Translations under genes and position numbers: made by a program
From: Candidatus Yanofskybacteria bacterium RIFCSPHIGHO2_01_FULL_41_21
Lineage (GTDB): Bacteria > Patescibacteriota > Minisyncoccia > 2-02-FULL-40-12 > GWA2-44-9
DNA length: 44,583 nucleotides
Direction of reading: 5' to 3'
Assembly: GCA_001794025.1 (NCBI GenBank)
Contig: MGJA01000010.1
Coordinates: 26,288 to 70,870 of the forward strand
Part shown: one piece after another, positions 9,338 through 18,751 of the stretch
Numbering within the stretch: the first letter of the stretch is position 1
How the letters are laid out: the number at the start of each line of letters is the position of its first letter
The notes under the pieces: generated by a model
Database searches by the model: none
Told to the model about the DNA's origin: nothing
Seen by the model: only the letters and a program-made list of their open reading frames with translations

Positions 9338-9982
9338 TCAACCTTCAATGACACTCCCGAAGGACGGGGCACCCCACCCCGGAAAGGCACCGTCGCTCCA
9401 GTCCGCGAGCAGCGCCGGCTCGCCGCCGCCGAGGCACAGGCACGGCACGCCGCCGGAGACAAACCGCGACCGGACGAGATCCATATAGTGGTGGTTCAGC
9501 ACCTCGCTGAACACCATCAAGTGGATGTACCCCGCCCACAACCCGTAGCCGAACCGACCTGCCGACTCGATATTGGACTGCGCGACTGACGGCTTGGTGT
9601 TGAGACGCTGACGCCCATCTTCGACGCCGACGAGCATCCGCGGAACGGTGACGAGCGGGTCGAGGTCGCTCAGCGCCGAGACGGTCAAGAAGTTCTGTCC
9701 CATCTTGCCATTGAGCTGAATCCTGGCCATGTACTCGTTCCAGTCCATCTCACTGACCGGCCGCGGCTGGGGCGGCACGAGCAGGAACGGCGTGCCATCG
9801 GCGGGAAGCCGGTCGGCGAACCGGTCGAACATGTCGGCTGTCGCCAGTTTGGCGTCAGCGAGACGTGCCCGCGAGATTTCGAAAACCTCGACGGGTGTCA
9901 GCTGACGAAGTGGCGGAGCGAACAGCGCGCCGATGTCGTCAGACGAGAAGGCCTTGCGGGTTGTCGCGGTCTGCGTGGTCAT
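9338..9982 (-). CDS. DGR target (variable) protein, 214 aa, with a C-terminal VR; fold possibly CLec-like
   Basis: The C-terminus SRFVSGGVPCLCLGGGEPALLADWSDGAFPGWGAPSFGSV is the mutagenised copy of TR-encoded TRYDSDNVPYLYLNDDEPALNANWNDNANPKWGAPSFGSV; SD-like AAAGGTG upstream. Confidence 0.92.
   Translation of the reverse strand: MTTQTATTRKAFSSDDIGALFAPPLRQLTPVEVFEISRARLADAKLATADMFDRFADRLPADGTPFLLVPPQPRPVSEMDWNEYMARIQLNGKMGQNFLTVSALSDLDPLVTVPRMLVGVEDGRQRLNTKPSVAQSNIESAGRFGYGLWAGYIHLMVFSEVLNHHYMDLVRSRFVSGGVPCLCLGGGEPALLADWSDGAFPGWGAPSFGSVIEG
9350..9470 (-). repeat. DGR variable repeat (VR) including IMH
   Basis: 23 mismatches at TR adenines (16 A>G, 6 A>T, 1 A>C) plus one T>G in the 3' conserved block. 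Confidence 0.97.
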
Positions 9983-10051
9983 GGGACACCTTTCTGGCGC
10001 CTCTGGCGCCTCTTGAAGTTGAATATGATTGTAAAGCTAATCCTACTCTAA

Positions 10052-10080
10052 ATTATACGCCTATCTTATATAAAAGTCAA
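10052..10080 (-). promoter_or_regulatory. Near-consensus sigma70 promoter of the DGR target gene
   Basis: TTGACT-N17-TATAAT on the minus strand, about 70 nt upstream of the ATG. Confidence 0.7.
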
Positions 10081-10122
10081 GGTGTAGTTTTTACGGCTTT
10101 ATAACTTGATTTTCGAGCTATT

Positions 10123-11808
10123 TTATATCCGTTCTAATGTCTCAATACCCAACAATCCAAGGCCATCTTTGAGAGTACGAGCGACGGTTTTAATGAGTAT
10201 TAGGCGGGCATCACGGCGAGCAATATCATCGTCATCAAGCACTCGGACATTTTCGTAAAATTGATTAGCAATAACGGCCAACCAATATAAGTAGCCAGTC
10301 AAATAATGAGGGTCAATTTTCTCAACACTTTCTCTGACACTATCTGGAAAATCTAAAAGGTATTTCATCGCCACCGTTTCCCACTTACCTTCCATTTTTG
10401 AAAAATCGGGTTTTGCTTGTTCGCCGGCCTTTAATAAAATACTATGCAACCGAGCATAGGTATACTGAAGGTATGGCCCGGCATCCCCGGAAACAGAAAG
10501 TGATTTTTCAAAATCAAAAATTATATCTTGACCGATGCCCTGTCTTAAAATTGAATATTTAATAGCTCCGACGGCAATCTTTTCTTTATTCTTGTCAGAG
10601 GTTGATTCAGGCAACCTGGAGATAGTTTGTTCTATCAATGATTCAGCCGTGATTACATCTCCGGTTCTGGAAGACATTTTTCCGGTTGTTAATCGGAGCA
10701 TCCCATGACCGACATGTTTCGTTCGCGAAGCGACTTCCGGCATTGTCAGCTCCATAACTTTCAGCAACACTTTGAAATAATCGTTAATTTCATTCCCAGT
10801 AACAATAACGGACAGGTCGGGATGATAAAGATCAAATTTATCCTTATTCACGCCTAGCTCTTTGGTTTCATAAGTTGGAAGACCTTTAGCATTGACGAAA
10901 ACACGAGTGTGGAAACCATAATCTTCACCCCTAAAAATAACGGCGCCGTTCTCCCCGGCCACAAATATATCCGGGTGTGCTTTAACGATTTCCAATCCGG
11001 CCGGTCCGACCTCGCTTTCAAAAAAATAATGGTCAAACTTTGTACCAAGCTTTTTATAAATATTATCAAAGTAATTTAAACTTTCTTCCCGACCTTTTTG
11101 ATAGAGTTCATTTATCTCTGAGTCGCTTTTATCATAAATCTTCTGATTAATTTCGTTAATCTCATCTTTTATTACACTTTCTTCTTCCGCATCTTCATAA
11201 GATTTGGACCCAAAAGAATACGCTTGAGCAATTTTTTCCATTACTAAATCGCGGGATAATGTTTTTTCTTTCTTCATGGCCCAAATCGCTTTTGCGACAT
11301 GGAGACCGACATCGCCCTGGTAATTAACCCTGACAACTTTCGCTTCAGAAAATTCATACAACCGAGCCACCGCCTCTCCGATAATATTCGGCATCAAGTG
11401 GCCGATATGAAAAAGCTTGAACGGATTTGGATCTGTATATTCAACGATAATTGTTTTCTTGGCAAAATCTTTATTTTTCCCATAATTACTATCTTCATAA
11501 ATTATTTCTAATTGTTTCTGTAAAAATTCCGATTTCGCATAAAAATTCAAAAACCCATTCGGCGCAACCTGAATATCAAACATCTCCGCCAATATATTCT
11601 TAGAAAGTTTGTTTTTTATATCACCAGCGACATCAGCTGGTTTATTTCCTTGTTTTTTAGCCAAGACAAAAGCGATATTAGTAGAATAGTCCCCCAGCTT
11701 GGAATCGGGCGGAATGAGAACATCAAAAGAAAGTCCCTCCATAAGACCACTTAATTCTTCCCTCAGTATTTGCCTTGTTGTTTTATCCATTGTTTTGCTT
11801 CTAGTCAT
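10123..11808 (-). CDS. argS: Arginine--tRNA ligase
   Basis: GDYSTNIAF, VEYTDPNPFKLFHIGH, KMSSRTG, GPYLQYTYARLHSIL, C-terminal LLGIETLERI. Confidence 0.95.
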   Translation of the reverse strand: MTRSKTMDKTTRQILREELSGLMEGLSFDVLIPPDSKLGDYSTNIAFVLAKKQGNKPADVAGDIKNKLSKNILAEMFDIQVAPNGFLNFYAKSEFLQKQLEIIYEDSNYGKNKDFAKKTIIVEYTDPNPFKLFHIGHLMPNIIGEAVARLYEFSEAKVVRVNYQGDVGLHVAKAIWAMKKEKTLSRDLVMEKIAQAYSFGSKSYEDAEEESVIKDEINEINQKIYDKSDSEINELYQKGREESLNYFDNIYKKLGTKFDHYFFESEVGPAGLEIVKAHPDIFVAGENGAVIFRGEDYGFHTRVFVNAKGLPTYETKELGVNKDKFDLYHPDLSVIVTGNEINDYFKVLLKVMELTMPEVASRTKHVGHGMLRLTTGKMSSRTGDVITAESLIEQTISRLPESTSDKNKEKIAVGAIKYSILRQGIGQDIIFDFEKSLSVSGDAGPYLQYTYARLHSILLKAGEQAKPDFSKMEGKWETVAMKYLLDFPDSVRESVEKIDPHYLTGYLYWLAVIANQFYENVRVLDDDDIARRDARLILIKTVARTLKDGLGLLGIETLERI

Positions 11809-11836
11809 TTCTTTTTACTATGATACTATAATAAAC

Positions 11837-12898
11837 ATGAACAGCGAACAATACGACGCATTACCAATCGAAGCAGTCAAAAAGGTCTATCCCGGAGTGG
11901 TCAGCATTGTTATCTCCAAATACATGCCGACAATTCAAGGCAATATGCCTCTACCATTGATGCCATTCCCAAATCCTTTTGGACTTGGTCAAACACCAAC
12001 CGAAGGAACACCCCCAACGAGTGGAGAAAAAGTAAAAGTCGGAGGTGGTTCGGGCTTCGTGGTTCAGTCCGATGGCTTGATCCTCACCAACAAACATGTT
12101 GTTTTTGATACCGATGCCGACTACACTGTCGTCACTAATGACGGGAAAGAATATATTGGCAAAGTTATCGCCCGTGACCCGATTAGTGATATTGCTGTAG
12201 TTAAAATTGAAGCTACCGATTTGCCTGTAATCAAGCTCGGTGATTCCACCAAACTGGAACTAGGTCAGACCGTCATCGCCATTGGTAATGCTCTCGGTAT
12301 GTTTCGAAATAGTGTTTCCAAAGGTATCATTTCGGGCATGTCCCGTTCTATTTCAGCCGCCTTGGGCACCGATGGAGAAATGGAGCACCTCCGCGGTGTC
12401 CTCCAAACCGACGTCGCTATTAACCAAGGTAATTCCGGCGGACCACTCATTAATTTAGACGGCGAAGCCGTCGGTATTAACACCGCCATTATTTTCGGAG
12501 CCCAAAACATTGGTTTCGCTATTCCTATCAATTGGGCTAAACAAGATTTGGACGATATTCAAAAGCACGGCCGAATTATAAAACCATTTTTAGGTCTTCT
12601 TTGTTTGCCTCTCAATAAAAAATTCCAAAATCAATATCACCTTGCTCGTGATAAAGGGGCCTTGGTCGTCCGTGACCATCGTCCAAATTCCGTCGCCGTC
12701 GTCCCCGGCTCTCCGGCCGACCGTGCAGGCATTAAGGAAAATGACATCATCACCCACGTTAACGGCGAAGAAATTCCCGAAGACACCGACTTAATAGAAT
12801 TACTCAAAAAACTCAAAGTTGGCGACGAAATTGAGCTCACCCTCCTACGAGCCGGCCAAGAACTCAAAGCCAAAACAATTTTGGAAGAACGCAAATAG
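11837..12898 (+). CDS. HtrA/DegP-like trypsin serine protease with PDZ domain
   Basis: GSGFVV..DGLILTNKHVV, DIAVVKI, QTDVAINQGNSGGPL, PGSPADRAGIKENDII; start taken at ATG 11837 because the longer ORF overlaps argS. Confidence 0.9.
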   Translation: MNSEQYDALPIEAVKKVYPGVVSIVISKYMPTIQGNMPLPLMPFPNPFGLGQTPTEGTPPTSGEKVKVGGGSGFVVQSDGLILTNKHVVFDTDADYTVVTNDGKEYIGKVIARDPISDIAVVKIEATDLPVIKLGDSTKLELGQTVIAIGNALGMFRNSVSKGIISGMSRSISAALGTDGEMEHLRGVLQTDVAINQGNSGGPLINLDGEAVGINTAIIFGAQNIGFAIPINWAKQDLDDIQKHGRIIKPFLGLLCLPLNKKFQNQYHLARDKGALVVRDHRPNSVAVVPGSPADRAGIKENDIITHVNGEEIPEDTDLIELLKKLKVGDEIELTLLRAGQELKAKTILEERK

Positions 12899-12908
12899 TC
12901 GCTCCCTC

Positions 12909-13069
12909 CACCCCAACCCCCGACTCGACCGATAATAAACCTGCTCCAGCGGCAGGTTTTTATCTAGACCGCTCGGTTCCTCACCAAGCACCTCGGATTA
13001 TGTCTTCCGCACCCATCGACATAATCCTAGCTTCGGAACCTCCGCGACTTCTCGCTGGGGGTTAGGGTG
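12909..13069. repeat. Nested-hairpin intergenic element
   Basis: Outer CACCCCAACCCCC/GGGGGTTAGGGTG; inner AAACCTGC/GCAGGTTT and GGATTATGTC/GACATAATCC stems. Confidence 0.55.
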
Positions 13070-13212
13070 TTAGTCGCTTGGGTTTGTTTCTAACCAATCG
13101 TGCAGATTGAGAAAAATAGTGAGGGCTTCGCTCATCTTCCTAAATCCTATATACTAGAGATGGTTGTTAGTTTTTCGCTAATGGCTAAGTTCTAATCGCT
13201 AATTACTATCTA

Positions 13213-13659
13213 ATGGCGGAATACGTGAATAATTCTAAGGCGGGGTTTGATTATGAAATTCTTGAGACATTAGAGGCGGGTTTGGTTTTGAAAGGCACGG
13301 AAGTTAAATCCATCAAAACCGGCAAGGCCTCTATTAAGGGCTCATTTGTAAAAATTATAAACGGCCGACCTCAACTTATCGGCGCCACTATCTCACCTTA
13401 TCAACCCAACAATACTCCCCCCGATTATGATCCGACCGCCACCCGCATGCTTTTATTATCCAAAAAACAAATCAATGTTATTGTTGGTCTCGCCCAATCC
13501 CAAGGCCTGACTCTGATTCCCTTAAAAATATACGACAAAAAAGGAAAACTGAAACTCCTTATCGGTATCGCCCGTGGAAAGAAAAAATACGACAAACGCT
13601 CCACATTAAAAATCAAAGATTCAGCGCGCCGAAAACAAAGAGGGCTTAGTGAGGACTAA
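13213..13659 (+). CDS. smpB: SsrA-binding protein
   Basis: N.KAGFDYEILETLEAGLVLKGTEVKSIK, GKKKYDKR; near tmRNA. Confidence 0.95.
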   Translation: MAEYVNNSKAGFDYEILETLEAGLVLKGTEVKSIKTGKASIKGSFVKIINGRPQLIGATISPYQPNNTPPDYDPTATRMLLLSKKQINVIVGLAQSQGLTLIPLKIYDKKGKLKLLIGIARGKKKYDKRSTLKIKDSARRKQRGLSED

Positions 13660-13663
13660 GCCA

Positions 13664-13936
13664 TTAGAGATTTTTATACTCTAATTCTTTTAAAATATCT
13701 TGAAGTTGAATCTTGAGTTGAGCCCTTCCATTACCACCCTTAAGATAACTTTCTCTTCTTTTTGCATCGGACCATTTTAAATACGTTTCATAATAAATAA
13801 GTTTGAGAGGTATCCTATTTCTTGTTGCTATATTCTTGCCACTAAAATGTTCTCTCATTCTTCTTTCTAGATTATTAGTATAGCCAGTATAGAGTTGTCT
13901 GTCTTTTATACTAAATAAAATATAGACGTAATACAT
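13664..13936 (-). CDS. Small GIY-YIG nuclease family protein
   Basis: YYVYIL...LYTGYTNNLERR..EH, LIYYE, A.RRE.YLK. Confidence 0.9.
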   Translation of the reverse strand: MYYVYILFSIKDRQLYTGYTNNLERRMREHFSGKNIATRNRIPLKLIYYETYLKWSDAKRRESYLKGGNGRAQLKIQLQDILKELEYKNL

Positions 13937-14037
13937 TATTCAAAGCTAAGCTTTGTAAAAAATAAAATCAAGCTTGTGCTTGATTTTATTTTTGCCCAGC
14001 TAAGCTGGGTCTGCTCGGAAGGGACCGAGCTGAGCTC

Positions 14038-14417
14038 GGTGGAGATGGGCGGAGTTGAACCGCCGTCCAAAGGTTTATTACAATGACGTGTACTGAGGTA
14101 GCGCATTTGATATTTCGCGAGCGGTTAAAAAATGAACAAAATAAACGCCCACTAGCCCTTACAATTTTTCGGCAGAATTCGGAAGGACAACGGTTCTGCT
14201 AAAGTTCGCTTATGACACTCCAGAATCCGCTAGCGAGCATCGCGGTAGAATGGCTTCCTACTTAACCTTGACCAGCTAAGCTGGTTGAATTAGGCGAAAG
14301 CGTAATTGGTATTTTGATTGCCAGTTACAAGATTTAGTCGAGAAATTAAAGTGGTTAACAACCATCCACTCTCAGCGTCAATTGTAAAAAGAACCAATGT
14401 CGAGGCCTTTCATCCCC
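14038..14417 (-). ncRNA. ssrA: tmRNA; predicted tag (A)GNQNTNYAFA* at 14322-14290
   Basis: 5' GGGGATGAAAGGCCTCGAC; 3' GGCGGTTCAACTCCGCCCATCTCCACC; resume context TAACT-GGC; tag ends YAFA. Confidence 0.92.
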
Positions 14418-14461
14418 AGACCTTAAGTATAACAGAAAACGTGATAAAAATCAAGACCTAA

Positions 14462-15124
14462 TTAATCTAGTATTTCGCTGAATTCTTTGGGTATTTCAAT
14501 AGAAACTTTTATGTCCTCATCTGTAGTTGCGGTTTTAAAAAGAAGCTCGGTGGCGCAGAGAGCCAAAACGTTGTCGGGCAGTGTTTCAGGAGCGCCATAC
14601 TTCATATCCCCCACAATCGGGTGGCCAATTTCGGAAAGCTGAACTCTGATCTGATGGAATCTCCCTGTTTCAAGTTGAATCCGAAGCAAGGAATTTTTTG
14701 AACCGGATTTTACAGTCTCATAATATAAAATTGCAACATCGCCTTCTGGGTCAACGACAGATTGTCTGGAACTTTCATCTTTTGTTAAATGATGTTCAAG
14801 TATTCTGGATGCGGGCTCGGGTTTGCCAATCACGACCGCATGATAAATCTTTTTAATTGTTCGCTCGCGGATCTGTTCCGAGAGCCGGGCTGCGCCCTTG
14901 GATGTTTTGGCAAAAAGAATTATGCCCGACACATTTCTGTCCAGACGATGCAGGACACCTAGAAAAACATTTCCCGGTTTTTTATCCCGCTCTTTTAAAA
15001 ACATTTTTACCTGCCAATAAAGAGTATCATCATCAAGTTCTGGCCCGTCCCCTTTCTGAACCAAAACACCTGCCGGTTTGTAAACGGCAATGAGATGATT
15101 GTCTTCGTATAAAACTTTTATCAT
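14462..15124 (-). CDS. RluA-family pseudouridine synthase
   Basis: VLYEDNHLIAVYKPAG, HRLDRNVSG, TGRFHQIRVQL..IGHPIVGDMKYG. Confidence 0.92.
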   Translation of the reverse strand: MIKVLYEDNHLIAVYKPAGVLVQKGDGPELDDDTLYWQVKMFLKERDKKPGNVFLGVLHRLDRNVSGIILFAKTSKGAARLSEQIRERTIKKIYHAVVIGKPEPASRILEHHLTKDESSRQSVVDPEGDVAILYYETVKSGSKNSLLRIQLETGRFHQIRVQLSEIGHPIVGDMKYGAPETLPDNVLALCATELLFKTATTDEDIKVSIEIPKEFSEILD

Positions 15125-15168
15125 TATATTAATCCTACCTGTTATTAATGTAGTCCACAATAAAAAAG

Positions 15169-15209
15169 CGGTTAGGAGCGGACGGTGCGTTCACCGGCCG
15201 CTCCTAACC
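15169..15209 (-). terminator. Intrinsic terminator of the KGG-protein operon
   Basis: GGTTAGGAGCGG...CCGCTCCTAACC stem followed by a T tract on the minus strand. Confidence 0.65.
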
Positions 15210-15215
15210 TTTTGC

Positions 15216-15437
15216 TCACATCCCTGGAGGATCATCGGGGATCAGTTTCTTCAACCGCCGGCGTTTGGCCTGTGTTTTTTTCCCGCCTCGACGTCCGGCC
15301 TCGCGGGCTTCTTCCACCGTCCATTCATGACATGTCTTCTTCTTGTGAGCGGCCCGACCGCCCTTACTTGAAACTTCGTGCCTTTCCCTTAGCGACAATG
15401 AATGGAATCCTCGTCGCCCTCCTTTTTCAGTATTCAT
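15216..15437 (-). CDS. KGG-repeat stress-induced protein (YciG/Con-10-like)
   Basis: GFHSLS..ERHEVSSKGGRAAH...HEWTVEEAREAGRRGG; purine-rich SD before ATG 15437. Confidence 0.85.
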   Translation of the reverse strand: MNTEKGGRRGFHSLSLRERHEVSSKGGRAAHKKKTCHEWTVEEAREAGRRGGKKTQAKRRRLKKLIPDDPPGM

Positions 15438-15810
15438 ACCTTCCCCCTTCATACCGCCCTGATAAGCCATCATCTCCCGTGATTCTGTCTTGTTCAAAAT
15501 CCGCTTTCATTCCCTTGACTTCTGACCCGACATAAAAGTCGGGCTGAAGATCGTCCACCTCTGAAAAATCCTCAAATGTCGGCAACGATGGCAACCTGTG
15601 TCGCCGCTCCTTGTCGGTCTCCATCTTTTTTTTCTTGCTACCAACCCAATTCAATCGGGTTGGTTTGGTAGCAACGGTGGGTTGGGCCATCGTTGCCTTC
15701 TTCACTCTGGTTCTTGAGAAACACCTCGCGGACCTCCTGGCTACCGCCCCATCCCTCTTCAAACACGGCTTCTTCACCTTCTTGAGAAGAACCACTCTCT
15801 TTTTTCCCAT
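15427..15810 (-). CDS. Hypothetical protein with basic N-terminus and acidic C-terminus
   Basis: AGGAGG upstream of ATG 15810, promoter upstream, stop overlaps the KGG gene start. Confidence 0.5.
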   Translation of the reverse strand: MGKKRVVLLKKVKKPCLKRDGAVARRSARCFSRTRVKKATMAQPTVATKPTRLNWVGSKKKKMETDKERRHRLPSLPTFEDFSEVDDLQPDFYVGSEVKGMKADFEQDRITGDDGLSGRYEGGRYEY

Positions 15811-15861
15811 GTGTGCAGGGGCCTCCTTGACCCACAACCAACAGGAAAAACCTTCGTTCAT

Positions 15862-15891
15862 ACTATACAACCATCCGATGATAAGTGTCAA
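15862..15891 (-). promoter_or_regulatory. Putative sigma70 promoter
   Basis: TTGACA-N18-TATAGT. Confidence 0.55.
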
Positions 15892-15896
15892 CCCCG

Positions 15897-15964
15897 TCCC
15901 GTTAGAGAAAAGTCGCCCCTAGGCGGCTGAAGCCGTGCCTTCGGCAGGGCGTTCTCTAACGGGA
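15897..15964. repeat. Short element with TCCCGTTAGA terminal inverted repeats (family B)
   Basis: TCCCGTTAGAGAA...TTCTCTAACGGGA. Confidence 0.75.
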
Positions 15965-16037
15965 TCAATAAAATTGGTAAATGTTGTATTTTCCAGATAG
16001 ACATGATATTATAAACTCCGATAGAAATTTCAACACG

Positions 16038-16553
16038 TTGGTAAAACATCTTCAACTCAACAATCAAATTCGAGCCCTTCAAGTTCAAGTAATTGATTCT
16101 GAAGGTAAACAGCTGGGCGTTATGACCATCCAGAAAGCGCTTCAGATGGCTCGAGATAGTGATTTAGACCTTGTTGAAGTTGGACCAAATGCCGTTCCTC
16201 CAATTACAAAAATAATGGACTACGGCAAGTATATTTACCAGAAAGAACGTCAGGAAAAGAAAACCGGCGGTGCTAAAAAACAGCGCGTTGAACTGAAAAC
16301 AGTGAGAGTTGGTTTCAAGACCGGCGCTCACGATATGGCCTTCAAGGCAAAAAAGGCCCTTGAATTTTTAGAAGAGGGCCATATTTTAAAGTTAGAGTTA
16401 ACCCTCCGTGGACGAGAAAAAGCCCTCGCTCCGATGGGGAAGGAAAAACTTCTCCAATTCCTCACAAACATCACCGTCCCCTATACTATACAGGAACAAA
16501 TCAAACGAGGGCCCTACGGTTGGGTAATTACTATAAAAAAAGATATTAAATAG
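16038..16553 (+). CDS. infC: Translation initiation factor IF-3 (start codon uncertain, TTG assumed)
   Basis: NNQIRA..V.VIDSEGKQLGVM, LDLVEV.PNA.PP..KIMDYGKY.Y, RGRE. Confidence 0.92.
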   Translation: MVKHLQLNNQIRALQVQVIDSEGKQLGVMTIQKALQMARDSDLDLVEVGPNAVPPITKIMDYGKYIYQKERQEKKTGGAKKQRVELKTVRVGFKTGAHDMAFKAKKALEFLEEGHILKLELTLRGREKALAPMGKEKLLQFLTNITVPYTIQEQIKRGPYGWVITIKKDIK

Positions 16554-16606
16554 CTCCCCTTTCCAACATTGAAAATTGGAAATTGATAACTGAAAATTTT
16601 ACCAAT

Positions 16607-16804
16607 ATGGCACACGCAGGAAAAACAAACAAATCATTTGCCAAGCGAATTAAAATGAGCGGCACCGGCAAAGTTATGAAACGACCACCGGGGCAGAATC
16701 ATTTTAATTCCAAGGATACCGGCAATCAGTCCCGTAACAAGCATGGTGACAAAGTTGGCCCACACGAACTTACCGATAAAGTTAAGGCATTAATATTTAA
16801 CTGA
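16607..16804 (+). CDS. rpmI: 50S ribosomal protein L35
   Basis: KTNKSFAKRIKMSGTGKV; lies between infC and rplT. Confidence 0.88.
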   Translation: MAHAGKTNKSFAKRIKMSGTGKVMKRPPGQNHFNSKDTGNQSRNKHGDKVGPHELTDKVKALIFN

Positions 16805-16918
16805 TTACCCAAGAACGAAGTGATTGGTTGTAAGAAGTTACCCCCTCACTCAATTTAAAAAGTGAGTGAGGGGGTGGCAAGTTTACAACTATTCGCTACA
16901 CTCATAGGTAAACATCCC

Positions 16919-17263
16919 ATGACCAGAGTTAAACGAGGTGTAAGAGCCACAAAACGAAGAAAACGACTTCTTGAACACACCAAGGGTTTTTTGTGGACCC
17001 GTAAAAACAAATATCGCCAAGCTAAAGAAGCATTATTGCATGTTTGGAGTTTCCAGTTTGCCGACCGCAAGAAAAAGAAACGCACCATGCGTAATCTTTG
17101 GACCATTAAAATCAATGCCGCTGTTCGCGAACACGGTGTCACCTATTCCAAGTTCATTAATCAATTACTCAAAGCCGACGTCGCCATTGACCGTAAAATC
17201 CTCGCCGACCTCGCCGAACACGAACCCAAAGTGTTTGAACATATCTTCAAATCAGTTCAGTAA
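16919..17263 (+). CDS. rplT: 50S ribosomal protein L20
   Basis: MTRVKRGV, DRKKKKR..R.LW..KINAA.R, IDRKILADLA. Confidence 0.95.
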   Translation: MTRVKRGVRATKRRKRLLEHTKGFLWTRKNKYRQAKEALLHVWSFQFADRKKKKRTMRNLWTIKINAAVREHGVTYSKFINQLLKADVAIDRKILADLAEHEPKVFEHIFKSVQ

Positions 17264-17270
17264 ATTCTCA

Positions 17271-17303
17271 ATTAAAAACCCGCCAATAAGGCGGGTTTTT
17301 AAT
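17271..17303. terminator. Bidirectional intrinsic terminator
   Basis: ATTAAAAACCCGCC-aataa-GGCGGGTTTTTAAT between convergent rplT and tRNA-Glu. Confidence 0.8.
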
Positions 17304-17309
17304 TTTTAG

Positions 17310-17381
17310 CAGCGCCACGGAGAATCGAACTCCGATTGACGGCTTGAAAAGCCGCTGTCCTAACCGTTAGACGATGGCGCC
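17310..17381 (-). tRNA. tRNA-Glu(TTC)
   Basis: GGCGCCATCGTCTAACGGTTAGGAC..GCGGC-TT-TTC-AA-GCCGT..GGAGTTCGATTCTCC. Confidence 0.92.
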
Positions 17382-17451
17382 AAACAACAGAACTATTATC
17401 GCATAAAAGTTGAGGAATGACAATAAAAATGATAAGATCTAATCCTAATGG

Positions 17452-17590
17452 CCAGGTAGTGAATATCCGACTGGATTGTATCTAGCGCCGAATTTTACTA
17501 CTTCTCGGTTGATTAATTTATATCTTAATAATATTTGGTACTACGCATCCAGATACAATCTGAGGCGTATGTCGGATATCTACTACCTGG
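17452..17590 (+). repeat. Structured ~139-nt element, family A copy 2, abutting the tsaD ATG
   Basis: CCAGGTAGTGAATATCCGAC...GTCGGATATCTACTACCTGG-ATG. Confidence 0.8.
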
Positions 17591-18721
<1,131 letters not shown>

Positions 18722-18751
18722 AAGTGGGATTTTGTAGTAATATAAATATAA

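Larger units (their letters stand above)
7600..10080. mobile_element. Diversity-generating retroelement (TR, avd, RT, target with VR)
   Basis: Adenine-specific TR/VR pair next to an Avd-like gene and a DGR-type RT; boundaries approximate. Confidence 0.95.

Noticed and set aside
9231-10104. Plus-strand ORFs 9231-9488, 9254-9589, 9865-10104 and minus-strand ORF 9345-9539
   Set aside because: Shadow frames of the GC-rich target gene with no recognisable motifs.
11699-11836. Longer N-terminus with a TM segment for the DegP-like protease
   Set aside because: It would overlap the divergent argS start by about 110 nt; ATG 11837 is more plausible, though not certain.
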